Shown piece after piece: positions 40,343 through 49,209 of a stretch of DNA of 64,000 bases. The notes under the pieces were generated by a model that saw only the letters and a program-made list of their open reading frames with translations, did not search any database and was not told the DNA's origin. A program made the position numbers and the translations under genes. Each line of letters opens with the position of its first letter. Position 1 is the first letter of the stretch. This stretch comes from Vulcanimicrobiota bacterium. GTDB taxonomy: Bacteria; Vulcanimicrobiota; Xenobia; Xenobiales; JADMJV01. The stretch is from contig JBFWNU010000008.1 of assembly GCA_050250895.1 (NCBI GenBank), positions 256,001 to 320,000 on the forward strand. Direction: 5' to 3'.

Positions 40343-41968
40343 CTAGCGGCCGGTGTTATAGCCGGGGATGCCGGGAGGCCCGCCAAAGCCACCGGGGTGT
40401 GGCGGTGGGTGTCCCCCGCCAGGCGGAGGTGGCGGAAAACCGGGAGGCGGGAAGGGTGGATGCCCGTGGCGGGGAGGCGGCGGGGCCGGCTGCTCAGCCG
40501 GCGGCTCGGGCTGAGCAGGCTTGGCAGCCACTCGGGCCGGCTCCGGGGGCTTTTCGGGCGAAGGCTCGGTCTTTGGTTGGCGAGACGCTTTAGGATAGCT
40601 GCTGGCCCTGGGGTACGACGAGACCGCCGGCTTCGAGCGAGAAGTCCTCTTGGGTTCGGTCTCTTCCACCGGCTCGGGCACGAAAGTCGGCTCGGGCTGG
40701 CGGACGGCGGTGGGTTGCGGTCGGGAGGACGGCTGCGGTCGGGCAGTCTCGGCCGGAATATAATCAGGAGTCGGGCGGCTCGGCTCGCGCTCGGCCACTT
40801 TGGTCGATTTGAGCACGCTGGCTGGAGCCACCACCTCTTCGCGGGTGTCGGTGGTGACCACGGCCGGCGTTTCTTGCGGCTGGGCCCGGGTAGTGGGGCC
40901 ATTCATCAGGCCGATGGTCAAGAAGACGGCGGCCACACAGACCATGGCCCAGATCAAGCCGGCCGGCACCCTGGGCGGTTCATCCATGGGAGCGGTCGAG
41001 GCCGGAACCTGAAAATCTTGAAGAGTGCTGGGTTTGGCCGTGAGGCTGGCAGCCAGGGCTGGATGGACGGCTGTGGCCGTGAACTGCTCGGTGGAAGGGC
41101 CGAGATTTTCGGTCATCTGCTCGGGGCCCGACAGCTCCTTAGTGACTTCACTCAGAGCACTCGAGGCATCCGACATCTTCAAGTAACGCTGCTCTTTGCG
41201 CAGGCCCATCATCTTGACCAGAACGCCTTGCAGTTTTAGAGGGATGGCAGGGTTGAGGTCACGAGGCGGCACCAGTTTGCTGCCATCAGAGATCAACTCG
41301 ACCGGGCTCTTGGGAATCTGATTGGTCAGCAGGTGATACAGAGTGGCTCCCAGGCTGTAGATGTCCGAGCGCGGGTCGGTGCTGCCGGCCCCCTGGTATT
41401 GCTCGATGGGCGAGTAGCCGGCCGAACCGACCCCCTGGAGGAAGGTGGCCGTTTGATCGCCTGGGTCGAAGGCCCGGGCGATGCCGAAATCGATGAGTCG
41501 GATGGTACCCTGTTCGTCGAGCATGATGTTGCTCGGTTTGAGGTCACGAAAAAGGATGGGGGGATTCTGGGTGTGGAGGTAGTCGAGCACCGAGCAGAGC
41601 TGGCCGGCCCAATCGAGCACCTGAGCCACCGGAAAGGCTGCGCCCCGGCTATGGAGTTGCTCGGCCAGCGTGGTGCCCTTGACGTAGCCCATCACCAGGT
41701 AATACTTGCCGCCTTCTTCGAAGAAGTCGGTCACCGGCACGAGATTGGGGTGACTCAGATTGGCTAGGAAACTGGCTTCTTGTTGAAACTGGGCGATGGC
41801 TCGCTGCTGGTTCTCGGGGCTGGTCTCGGGGATGAACATCTCCTTGATGGCCACCGGCTTGTTGCCCAGCGCCTCGACCCGAGCGAGATAAACCGCCGCC
41901 ATGCCTCCCTGGCCCAGCGGTTTCTCGACAACATAACGTCCCGAAAGACGGATTCCGGCGGTCAGCAT
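40343..41968 (-). CDS. Hanks-type Ser/Thr kinase with TM and Pro-rich tail
   Basis: GQGGMAAV, VAIKE, FRDLKPSN, DFG and YSPIEQ. Confidence 0.93.
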   Translation of the reverse strand: MLTAGIRLSGRYVVEKPLGQGGMAAVYLARVEALGNKPVAIKEMFIPETSPENQQRAIAQFQQEASFLANLSHPNLVPVTDFFEEGGKYYLVMGYVKGTTLAEQLHSRGAAFPVAQVLDWAGQLCSVLDYLHTQNPPILFRDLKPSNIMLDEQGTIRLIDFGIARAFDPGDQTATFLQGVGSAGYSPIEQYQGAGSTDPRSDIYSLGATLYHLLTNQIPKSPVELISDGSKLVPPRDLNPAIPLKLQGVLVKMMGLRKEQRYLKMSDASSALSEVTKELSGPEQMTENLGPSTEQFTATAVHPALAASLTAKPSTLQDFQVPASTAPMDEPPRVPAGLIWAMVCVAAVFLTIGLMNGPTTRAQPQETPAVVTTDTREEVVAPASVLKSTKVAEREPSRPTPDYIPAETARPQPSSRPQPTAVRQPEPTFVPEPVEETEPKRTSRSKPAVSSYPRASSYPKASRQPKTEPSPEKPPEPARVAAKPAQPEPPAEQPAPPPPRHGHPPFPPPGFPPPPPGGGHPPPHPGGFGGPPGIPGYNTGR

Positions 41969-42067
41969 TGAGGTGGCGCTCCTAAAGTCGCGATCGGAAG
42001 GACAAACCCTCTTCTCAATGTTTTAGCATGAAGTTGGCGACAACCTGCATCGAAATGTATAAAAAGT

Positions 42068-42982
42068 TTATAGGGTGGACAGTACGACCCGGTTGCGACC
42101 CTGGCTTTTTGCTTCATACAAAGCTTCGTCGGCTTTTTTGATGGGAAATTCCCAATGGCGGTCCGAGTCGACGGCGCACAGGCCCGCGCTGACCGTCACC
42201 GTGATGGCCCGCTCGCCATCACTGGTGGGGACCACAAAGGGCCGGCCGGCGATCGACTCGCGGATGCGCTCCAACAAGATCAGGGCTCCGTTGAGCGGAG
42301 AGTGACGGATGAGCACGATGAACTCCTCGCCCCCATAGCGTCCCAGCACGTCCTCGGCCCGGATTCCGGCTTGCAGACGCTGGGCCAGTTCCACCAGCAC
42401 TGCATCTCCGGCGGGGTGACCGTAGCTGTCGTTGATCGATTTGAAGTGATCCACATCCAGCAGCGCCACCGAAGCATCGAAGGCGTGCCGCCGGGTGGCT
42501 GCATACTCTTCTTGCAGGCGCTGCAGGAAGGACTTTCGGTTGAGCACACCAGTCAGACCGTCCTTGGTGGCCCCTGTGTAAAGGTCTTCGAGCAGTTCGC
42601 GCACCGACTCGTCAGGGGTCTCCAGTCTTAGGGTTACTTCAGGGCCCAACCCCAGCACGTCGCCGTTCTTGAGCTTGGCGTCGGAGATTCTCTCGCCGTT
42701 GACGAAGACCCCGTTGGTCGAGTCGAGATCGACGGCCACGAGGGCGCCCTCGACCAGTTGGATCTTGGCGTGGGCGCGGCTGAGCCCTCGCCCCTCCAGC
42801 ACGATGTCGGCCATGGCCGCCGACCGCCCCAGGGTGTGGACGGGCTGGTTGAGGGGGAAGGTCGCCCCTTTGTTCGGGCCTTTGAGGACCAGTAAGACCG
42901 GCTGACGCTTCTCCTCGGTCTTGTTGAAAAAACTGGGTGCGCTACCGAGCGCCTCAGTGGTGCGCTCTTCAAATGAGGACAT
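42068..42982 (-). CDS. FHA-GGDEF diguanylate cyclase
   Basis: FHA motifs GR, SRAH and STNG; DVDHFK; I-site RAED; GGEEF. Confidence 0.92.
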   Translation of the reverse strand: MSSFEERTTEALGSAPSFFNKTEEKRQPVLLVLKGPNKGATFPLNQPVHTLGRSAAMADIVLEGRGLSRAHAKIQLVEGALVAVDLDSTNGVFVNGERISDAKLKNGDVLGLGPEVTLRLETPDESVRELLEDLYTGATKDGLTGVLNRKSFLQRLQEEYAATRRHAFDASVALLDVDHFKSINDSYGHPAGDAVLVELAQRLQAGIRAEDVLGRYGGEEFIVLIRHSPLNGALILLERIRESIAGRPFVVPTSDGERAITVTVSAGLCAVDSDRHWEFPIKKADEALYEAKSQGRNRVVLSTL

Positions 42983-43103
42983 AGGGTTCTCATTTGCTGC
43001 AAGGGTGACCCAAAGTCCTCCCCCGCGAGAGGGGAGGCCAGCCAGGTCGGCAGGTGGTCGCTACCCGCGCAGGCGCAGCCGCCGGTCGACGACCTCCGGC
43101 TGC

Positions 43104-43778
43104 TTAGTCGCGCGATTGCGCGATCAGAAGGTAGCGAATCAGGTGGGTCACGGCCATCAAGGCCGAGGCCACATAGGTCAGGGCAGCCGCTCCCAGCACG
43201 GCCTTGACGCCGCTGGCTTCGTCATTGGTCACCATTCCCGATTCGCGCAAGACCACCAGGGCTCGGCGCGAGGCGTCGAACTCCACCGGCAGAGTGACCA
43301 GGCTAAAGAGCACGACCGCAGAGAAGATCAGGATACCCAGGTTCAGCAGAGGCTTGATGCCCAGGAACAGGCCGCCAAAGAGCAGCAACATGCCGGCCCC
43401 GTTGCCGAAGTTGGCCAGCGGCACCAAACCCGAACGCAGCTTCAAGGGCCAGTAGTGATTCGCTTTCTGCAGGGCGTGACCCAACTCGTGGGCAGCCACA
43501 CCCAGGGCGGCCACGCTGCGGCCATGATAGACAGGCTCTGAAAGGGCCAGCACGTCACGCTGAGGATCGAAATGGTCGGTCAGGCTACCAGGAGTCGGTT
43601 CTACGGCCACCGGCACTCGATTGCGCCGGGCCAGTTCGCGAGCCGCCTCGGCGCCGCTCAAACGGCGCGAAGCCGGAACCTCGGCGTAGCGGGCAAAGGT
43701 GCTTTTGACTTTCCACTGAGCGAAGAAGGTCAGCAGCATGGCCGGAATCAACAGAATGAAGGTTTGATCGTAGAACAT
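43104..43778 (-). CDS. YugP-like membrane zinc metallopeptidase
   Basis: LTDHFDP, AAHELGHALQ, VEFDAS and AAALTYVA. Confidence 0.92.
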   Translation of the reverse strand: MFYDQTFILLIPAMLLTFFAQWKVKSTFARYAEVPASRRLSGAEAARELARRNRVPVAVEPTPGSLTDHFDPQRDVLALSEPVYHGRSVAALGVAAHELGHALQKANHYWPLKLRSGLVPLANFGNGAGMLLLFGGLFLGIKPLLNLGILIFSAVVLFSLVTLPVEFDASRRALVVLRESGMVTNDEASGVKAVLGAAALTYVASALMAVTHLIRYLLIAQSRD

Positions 43779-44078
43779 TTTACTTCCTTTCGTTCTCTAT
43801 GATACAACCCGCTCACTTGATGTTAGTTTCCGAACCGTTTGCAAACCGTTAGTTAGGGGACCGGGCGCTTCGCGCGGAGATTTGGGCCTAAATGTCGGCC
43901 GACTCTCGAACTGAGCGACAGCTCAGTTCGCCCCTTTCCCGGCCGGAGGCCGCTCCTATTCCCTCGAGCGCAGCGATGAGCTCCTTCTCCCGCCGGCGCA
44001 GCCGGCGCTCCCTGGCCGTCGAACTGTTCACACGGTGTCAACCGCTCCAACCCTGAGTTTGGCTAGAATAATAGGGCT

Positions 44079-44684
44079 ATGACGATTCTATCGATTGGGC
44101 CGAACATACAACACACGGCTCGCGCTAACTCATGGGGTGGCGGCAGCTGGCAGAACGACCAGTACCAAAACGGCACCCAGAACCCCCAGAAAGACTACGA
44201 GATCGCCCAGCGGATGCAATTCTTGAAGGGCGAGATGGACCGCATCGCTTATGCTCTCAAGAACTGCGATGCCCAGGTCGCCGCCCTCGAGCAGAAGATC
44301 TCGTACAAGTCCAACGAGAACTACCAGCTCAACACCCAGCGCGAGAAGCTGGTCTACGATCTGGGTCAGACCGACCGCCAGCTGGCCGAAGCCACGGGCA
44401 AACAGGCGCGCATCAAAGAGAAGCTCCACGACCCCTACTATAAGTCAGAGTGGGGCTATCTTTCCCAGGAGCGCTACCAGGTGGCCGCCGAGATCTCGAA
44501 CCTGCAGGCCGCTCGCGACCGCCAATACTGGGCCATTCAAGACCTCAACGGCAAGATTCAGAATAATCAGAGCGACATCCAGTGGGCTCAAAACGACTTG
44601 TCCAGCAAAAAGGCCGAGTGTCAGCGAAACAAGTACGAGTATGACACCTACGCCGCCGAGTACCAGTCGCTGCGCTACAAGTAG
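44079..44684 (+). CDS. Coiled-coil hypothetical protein
   Basis: Heptad-rich, Q/Y/K-rich 201 aa. Confidence 0.75.
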   Translation: MTILSIGPNIQHTARANSWGGGSWQNDQYQNGTQNPQKDYEIAQRMQFLKGEMDRIAYALKNCDAQVAALEQKISYKSNENYQLNTQREKLVYDLGQTDRQLAEATGKQARIKEKLHDPYYKSEWGYLSQERYQVAAEISNLQAARDRQYWAIQDLNGKIQNNQSDIQWAQNDLSSKKAECQRNKYEYDTYAAEYQSLRYK

Positions 44685-46217
44685 CTAACCTCGCCAGCGA
44701 GAGGCCTGGCGGGCCAGCCAGGGGCCGATGGGGGCGCCGATGGCGATGCCGACCATGGCCCCGACCACGCACAGGCAGATCAGGGTAGCGCTGGGGTTGG
44801 GCACGTCCATTTGGCCAGGAAAGCCATAGATGGTGGCATAGACCAGCAGGTGAGCCTCCATCCACAGAGTGGCTCCGATGAAAACCTGCAGGCCCGAGCC
44901 GGCCGCCCGGCCGGGTTCCGGGCGCAGGCCTCGCAAGAAGGCGAAAAAGGTGGTCAAGAACAGACCCAGCAAGCCCGAAAACACCACCAGGTTGCGCAGT
45001 TGAGAGAAGCTGGTGATGTGACTGGGCGAGTAGCCACCCCCCACCAGCAGGACCAGGGCGTGAAAGCTCACCGTGACCAGAAAGCCCCAGGCCATGGCCT
45101 GGGCCAGAGCAGTGCTGTTTTGGCGGCGGTCTAGCTTCATGAAGATATAGACGGGCAGAGCCAGCCAGGCAAAGCCCAGCGGCCAGCGCCAAAAGATCCC
45201 GCGGGCTCGCAGTTTGACCCGCTGGCGCAGGGCCTCTTTGCCGTCGAGTTCGGGATAGGCGCTATAGCCCTCGGAGAGCAGCATCGAAGTGGCCATCGAG
45301 CGGCGCTGGTCGTCGGCCAGATGGACCAACCTGGCGGCCCCGCCCTGATCGAGGAGGAGCCCTTCGAAGAGCGGGTTGCCGATGGAGTCGGCCGGATACG
45401 GTAGACCGAGCAAAACCGCCAGAGTAGGGGCAAGATCGCGCAGTTGGCCGTCGATGTGCGAGCCGGGCCGGACCCCGGCGCCGAGCATCAGCACCGGGCA
45501 AGACAGCACCTCGGCTTCGCGGCCACCGCAGCCGCCGGCCTGGCTCAATCCGTGGGTGCTTACCAGCACCAGCGTAGTCTGAGATAGGTCCACCCCGGCC
45601 AGCAATTGCTGCAATTGGGTGTCGAGGGCCAGGGCTGCTTCGGCGTATTCCTGGCCCACTCCGTGGCGATGGCCGACCTCGTCGAGATTGCGATACTCGC
45701 CCACCACCAGGGCGTGCTCGCCGCTCAAGAAGTCAGCCAGTGCTGCCGTCACCTGCCGATCGGCGTCGGCCGCCTCGCCCAGGGCGATGCGCTGCGAGTC
45801 GGCAAACTGCCCGCCAAACAGCACCGACCAGGCGTAAGACCCGGCCACTACACTGTCGCGGCCCGACTGGGCCAACCGCAGCATGAGCGTGTCGACGCTC
45901 GCCGGCCCTGGGTGCAGGTCGGTCAAGATGCCGGACAGGTCGGGGGGCGTGCCGGTCACGGCCGCGGTCAGGTTGGGCCAGTCAAACGACGGGATCTCGG
46001 AGGCCAACACGCCGGTTGCTCCCTGCCGGGCCGCCTGGGCCCAGAGCTGCAGCCGGGCGGCGGTGTCGGTGCGCAGTCCACCCACCGTCACCAGCAAAAT
46101 CTGTCGCGACTTGGCCTCGCCGGTGAGAGCCCCGGGCGCGGTCACCCAATTACCGGTGGGGTAGTGCACCAGGCTGCCGTGGACGGCGACAGCGAAGAGT
46201 AGACTGAACAGGCCCAA
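44685..46217 (-). CDS. Alkaline phosphatase superfamily membrane protein (start uncertain)
   Basis: VGGLR, LDEVGH, STHG and DLAPTLA; C-terminal TM bundle. Confidence 0.75.
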   Translation of the reverse strand: MGLFSLLFAVAVHGSLVHYPTGNWVTAPGALTGEAKSRQILLVTVGGLRTDTAARLQLWAQAARQGATGVLASEIPSFDWPNLTAAVTGTPPDLSGILTDLHPGPASVDTLMLRLAQSGRDSVVAGSYAWSVLFGGQFADSQRIALGEAADADRQVTAALADFLSGEHALVVGEYRNLDEVGHRHGVGQEYAEAALALDTQLQQLLAGVDLSQTTLVLVSTHGLSQAGGCGGREAEVLSCPVLMLGAGVRPGSHIDGQLRDLAPTLAVLLGLPYPADSIGNPLFEGLLLDQGGAARLVHLADDQRRSMATSMLLSEGYSAYPELDGKEALRQRVKLRARGIFWRWPLGFAWLALPVYIFMKLDRRQNSTALAQAMAWGFLVTVSFHALVLLVGGGYSPSHITSFSQLRNLVVFSGLLGLFLTTFFAFLRGLRPEPGRAAGSGLQVFIGATLWMEAHLLVYATIYGFPGQMDVPNPSATLICLCVVGAMVGIAIGAPIGPWLARQASRWRG

Positions 46218-46273
46218 ACCGACCAGAACGGCCAGGGTCCCCCACGGATAGTGAAATTGGCGGCTCTCAGGAA

Positions 46274-47470
46274 TTAGAGAACGGCCTTCTTTCTGGGCGG
46301 GTCGAAGAACGGTTTGTCGACCACCCGACAGCGCACCAGTTCGCGATCGTACTCCGCCAGGGTCTCGAAGAGCAACTCGGTGCCCACCTTCGCAAAGCGA
46401 GCGGGCACGGTGGCCAGGGCCAGATTTTTCTTGAGTAGAGGTGACCAGACCCCGCTGGTGGCTCGTCCCACCTGGCGCCGCGAGAGGTCGAAGATGGGCA
46501 CCACGCCGCGCCAGGCCGTGCAGGGCAGGTGCACCGGCAGTTGGCGGCGCTCATAGAGCTTCTCCAGTTCTTCCATGTCGATCTCGAGACCGACGAGTTC
46601 CCAGGCTACTCCCCGGCGTTTCTCGGCCGCCAGGGCCTTCTGGCCGACGAAAGAGCGCTTGTTGAGGTGGACCGTCCAGCCCAGACCGATCTCGAAGGGG
46701 CTCGACTTCTGGGCCTCGGTGATGCAGTGAAAGGCCGGGTTGTAGTCGCAGTCGGCCAGAATAAAGCCTGCCTCGACGCGGGCCATGTCCAGGGCCAGCA
46801 GGCCGATGGGCATGATGTTATAGTCGCGACCCGCCTCCATCAATAGATCCCAGAGCTTTTCGGCGTGGGCTTTGTCGACCCACAGTTCATAACCGAGATC
46901 GCCGGTGAAGCCAGTGCGCGAGATGGTACAGTCAAAGCCATCGAGCTTGGCTTCGAGCATGCGAAAATAGCGCAGCCCGTCGAGGTCGGCTTGGGTGAGG
47001 CGCTTGAGGATGTCGCGTGACTTGGGGCCTTGCAGGGCCAGGGCCCCGATTTCGGCCGAAGTGTCACGAATCTCGACGTCGAGACCGACCGCGTTCTCGT
47101 CGAGCCAGAGAAAGCTCGGGTTGGCCGAGGTCAGGCGTAGATGAGTGTCCGAGAAGCGAAAGATCGCCCCGTCATCGATCACCTTGCCATCTTCATCGCA
47201 CCAGCAGCAGTAGGCCACCTGACCGTCGCTGAGTTTGGTGACGTCGCGAGCCAGCACCCGGTCGGCCAGGGCGATGGCGTGTTTGCCGGTGAGGTCGTAC
47301 TTGTAGAGCGGCGAGACATCGAGCAGGCCGGCCGACTCGCGAATGGCGAAATATTCGGGGTCGACCGAAACGCCGAAACGCTGCACGGCGAAGTAGCCGG
47401 CCCACTCTTTCCAGCACAGGCTCTTGCACAGGGGAGCCGTCTTTTCGTGAAATGCGGTTGCGATACCCAT
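46274..47470 (-). CDS. GcvT/DmdA/LigM-like aminomethyltransferase family protein
   Basis: LLDVSPL, IDDG, LQGP, SRTGFTGDLGYEL and KPFFDP. Confidence 0.9.
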   Translation of the reverse strand: MGIATAFHEKTAPLCKSLCWKEWAGYFAVQRFGVSVDPEYFAIRESAGLLDVSPLYKYDLTGKHAIALADRVLARDVTKLSDGQVAYCCWCDEDGKVIDDGAIFRFSDTHLRLTSANPSFLWLDENAVGLDVEIRDTSAEIGALALQGPKSRDILKRLTQADLDGLRYFRMLEAKLDGFDCTISRTGFTGDLGYELWVDKAHAEKLWDLLMEAGRDYNIMPIGLLALDMARVEAGFILADCDYNPAFHCITEAQKSSPFEIGLGWTVHLNKRSFVGQKALAAEKRRGVAWELVGLEIDMEELEKLYERRQLPVHLPCTAWRGVVPIFDLSRRQVGRATSGVWSPLLKKNLALATVPARFAKVGTELLFETLAEYDRELVRCRVVDKPFFDPPRKKAVL

Positions 47471-49209
47471 CAGGCGTCCTCTTTCTCTTCGTTCTTGCGT
47501 TGGTCGGTCTTGCGACCCTTTTTGAGGGCCTTGCCCACGGCCAGGCCCGCCCCCAGCAGCGAGAGGCCGGCGGCGGCCGCCAGGCCGGCTCCCACCGGGC
47601 TGGTGACGGCGCGCTTGACGCGTTGGGCCTTTTCGCGATTGCCCGGCAGCTGCAAGAGCACCTCGCGGGCCGCATTGGCTCCGCAGGCGCCGGTGGTGTT
47701 ACCGCCCGGGTGGGTGCCCGAACCGCACAGCATCAAGTTGCGAATCGGGGTCTGGTAGCGCGCGAAACCGGCCATGGGACGACCGATGAAAAGTTGGTGC
47801 AGGTTGCGCTCGCCGTGAAAGATGTGGCCTTCGGTCAGACCGTAGACCTCTTCGAGATCGAGGGGAGTGAGCACCTTGCGCTCGAGGATGATCTCTTCGA
47901 GGTTGGGCACTTGTTCGGCAACCACCGCCAGGGCGGCGTCCAGGAACTTCTTCTGGCGCTTCCAGTTGCCTTTGCGCAGGTGGTAGGGCGTCCAGCGCAC
48001 CTCGAGCTGCATGATGTGCTGGTCTTTGGGGGCCAGACTCGGGTCGAGCAGGGTGGGAATCGTGGCCGTAACCCAGGGAGCATCCGAGATCCGCCCGTAT
48101 TTGACGGCGTCGGCCGCCCGCTCCAGAAAGTCGAGGTCGGGGCCGAAGTGGATTCGGCCGCCCAGGAACTTGCGCTGGTCAACGCCGGTCAGGCAGTGGA
48201 ACAGGGGAAGCTCGGACAGAGCCAGGGTGATGATGGTGGTAGTGCCGCGCATCTGGATGTTGCGGACCTTGCGGTGGAAAGACGGGTCGAACTCGAGGGG
48301 ATCCACCAGCTTCTGGAGGGTTCGCTTGGGATCGAGATTCGACAGAATGTGGCGGGCGCGCAACTCGCGTCCGTCGGCCAGACGAACGCCCACGGCCGTG
48401 CCCGACTCGATGAGCACGCTCTCGACTGCGACGCCGGTCTCGATGGTCTGGCTGTCGTCGCGAAGGACGGTGGCCAGCGTGTCGGTGATGGCTCCCATTC
48501 CGCCTTTGGTCATACCGGTGGGTCCGGCCAGGTAGCTATAGATGAGAGTGGCTGCCGTGCCGGGAGCGTACGGCCCATAGTGATGGCCGGCCAGGGCCGG
48601 TCCGGCCAGGGCCGCTTTGAGAATGTCCAGGTCGAACCACTCGTCGAGAAAGTCCTTGAGGCACATGGTGACCGTGCGCATCAGGCGATGCATGTCCTCG
48701 GGCCCCAGCAGCCGCAGTTTGAGCCCCAGGTTGGCCAACTCGACCAGGCCCAGGGGCTCGGAGGAGTCGGGATTGACCGGGGCCAGATCGAGAATGGCCT
48801 CGGTGGCCTCGCGCACGCGATTCATGAATCCGACGTATTGGCGATAGCGACCCGCGTCCCTGGGCGAGTGCTCGGCGATGGCCGCCACCGCCGTCTCGAG
48901 GTCGCGCGCCAGGGAAAGGTGGCGATCAGGACCCATCGGGCAAAACACGATGGGATCGTGATGGACCATCTGAAGTCCGTGGTATTTGAGGTTGAGTTCG
49001 CTCATAATGCGAGGTCGAAGCGGCTGGCCGAACGGAGTGGCCAGCGAGGCTCGAAAGCCCGGATGGAACTCCTCGGTGGCCAGACAACCCCCCACGATAT
49101 CGCGTTTTTCTAACACGACGACTTTCTTGCCCTCGCGCGACAGTTGGGCCGCGGCCACCAGTCCGTTGTGACCGGCCCCGATGATGATGGCGTCATAGAA
49201 GCTGCTCAT
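47470..49209 (-). CDS. Phytoene-dehydrogenase-like (PYROXD2-type) FAD oxidoreductase with a C-terminal hydrophobic anchor
   Basis: GAGHNGL, LTPLDLE, GHIFHGE and CGSGTHPGG. Confidence 0.88.
   Translation of the reverse strand: MSSFYDAIIIGAGHNGLVAAAQLSREGKKVVVLEKRDIVGGCLATEEFHPGFRASLATPFGQPLRPRIMSELNLKYHGLQMVHHDPIVFCPMGPDRHLSLARDLETAVAAIAEHSPRDAGRYRQYVGFMNRVREATEAILDLAPVNPDSSEPLGLVELANLGLKLRLLGPEDMHRLMRTVTMCLKDFLDEWFDLDILKAALAGPALAGHHYGPYAPGTAATLIYSYLAGPTGMTKGGMGAITDTLATVLRDDSQTIETGVAVESVLIESGTAVGVRLADGRELRARHILSNLDPKRTLQKLVDPLEFDPSFHRKVRNIQMRGTTTIITLALSELPLFHCLTGVDQRKFLGGRIHFGPDLDFLERAADAVKYGRISDAPWVTATIPTLLDPSLAPKDQHIMQLEVRWTPYHLRKGNWKRQKKFLDAALAVVAEQVPNLEEIILERKVLTPLDLEEVYGLTEGHIFHGERNLHQLFIGRPMAGFARYQTPIRNLMLCGSGTHPGGNTTGACGANAAREVLLQLPGNREKAQRVKRAVTSPVGAGLAAAAGLSLLGAGLAVGKALKKGRKTDQRKNEEKEDA

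Noticed and set aside
47452-49113. Long antisense ORFs (also 4687-6129, 33808-35145, 55459-56739)
   Set aside because: Typical high-GC mirror frames of real genes, with no motifs.
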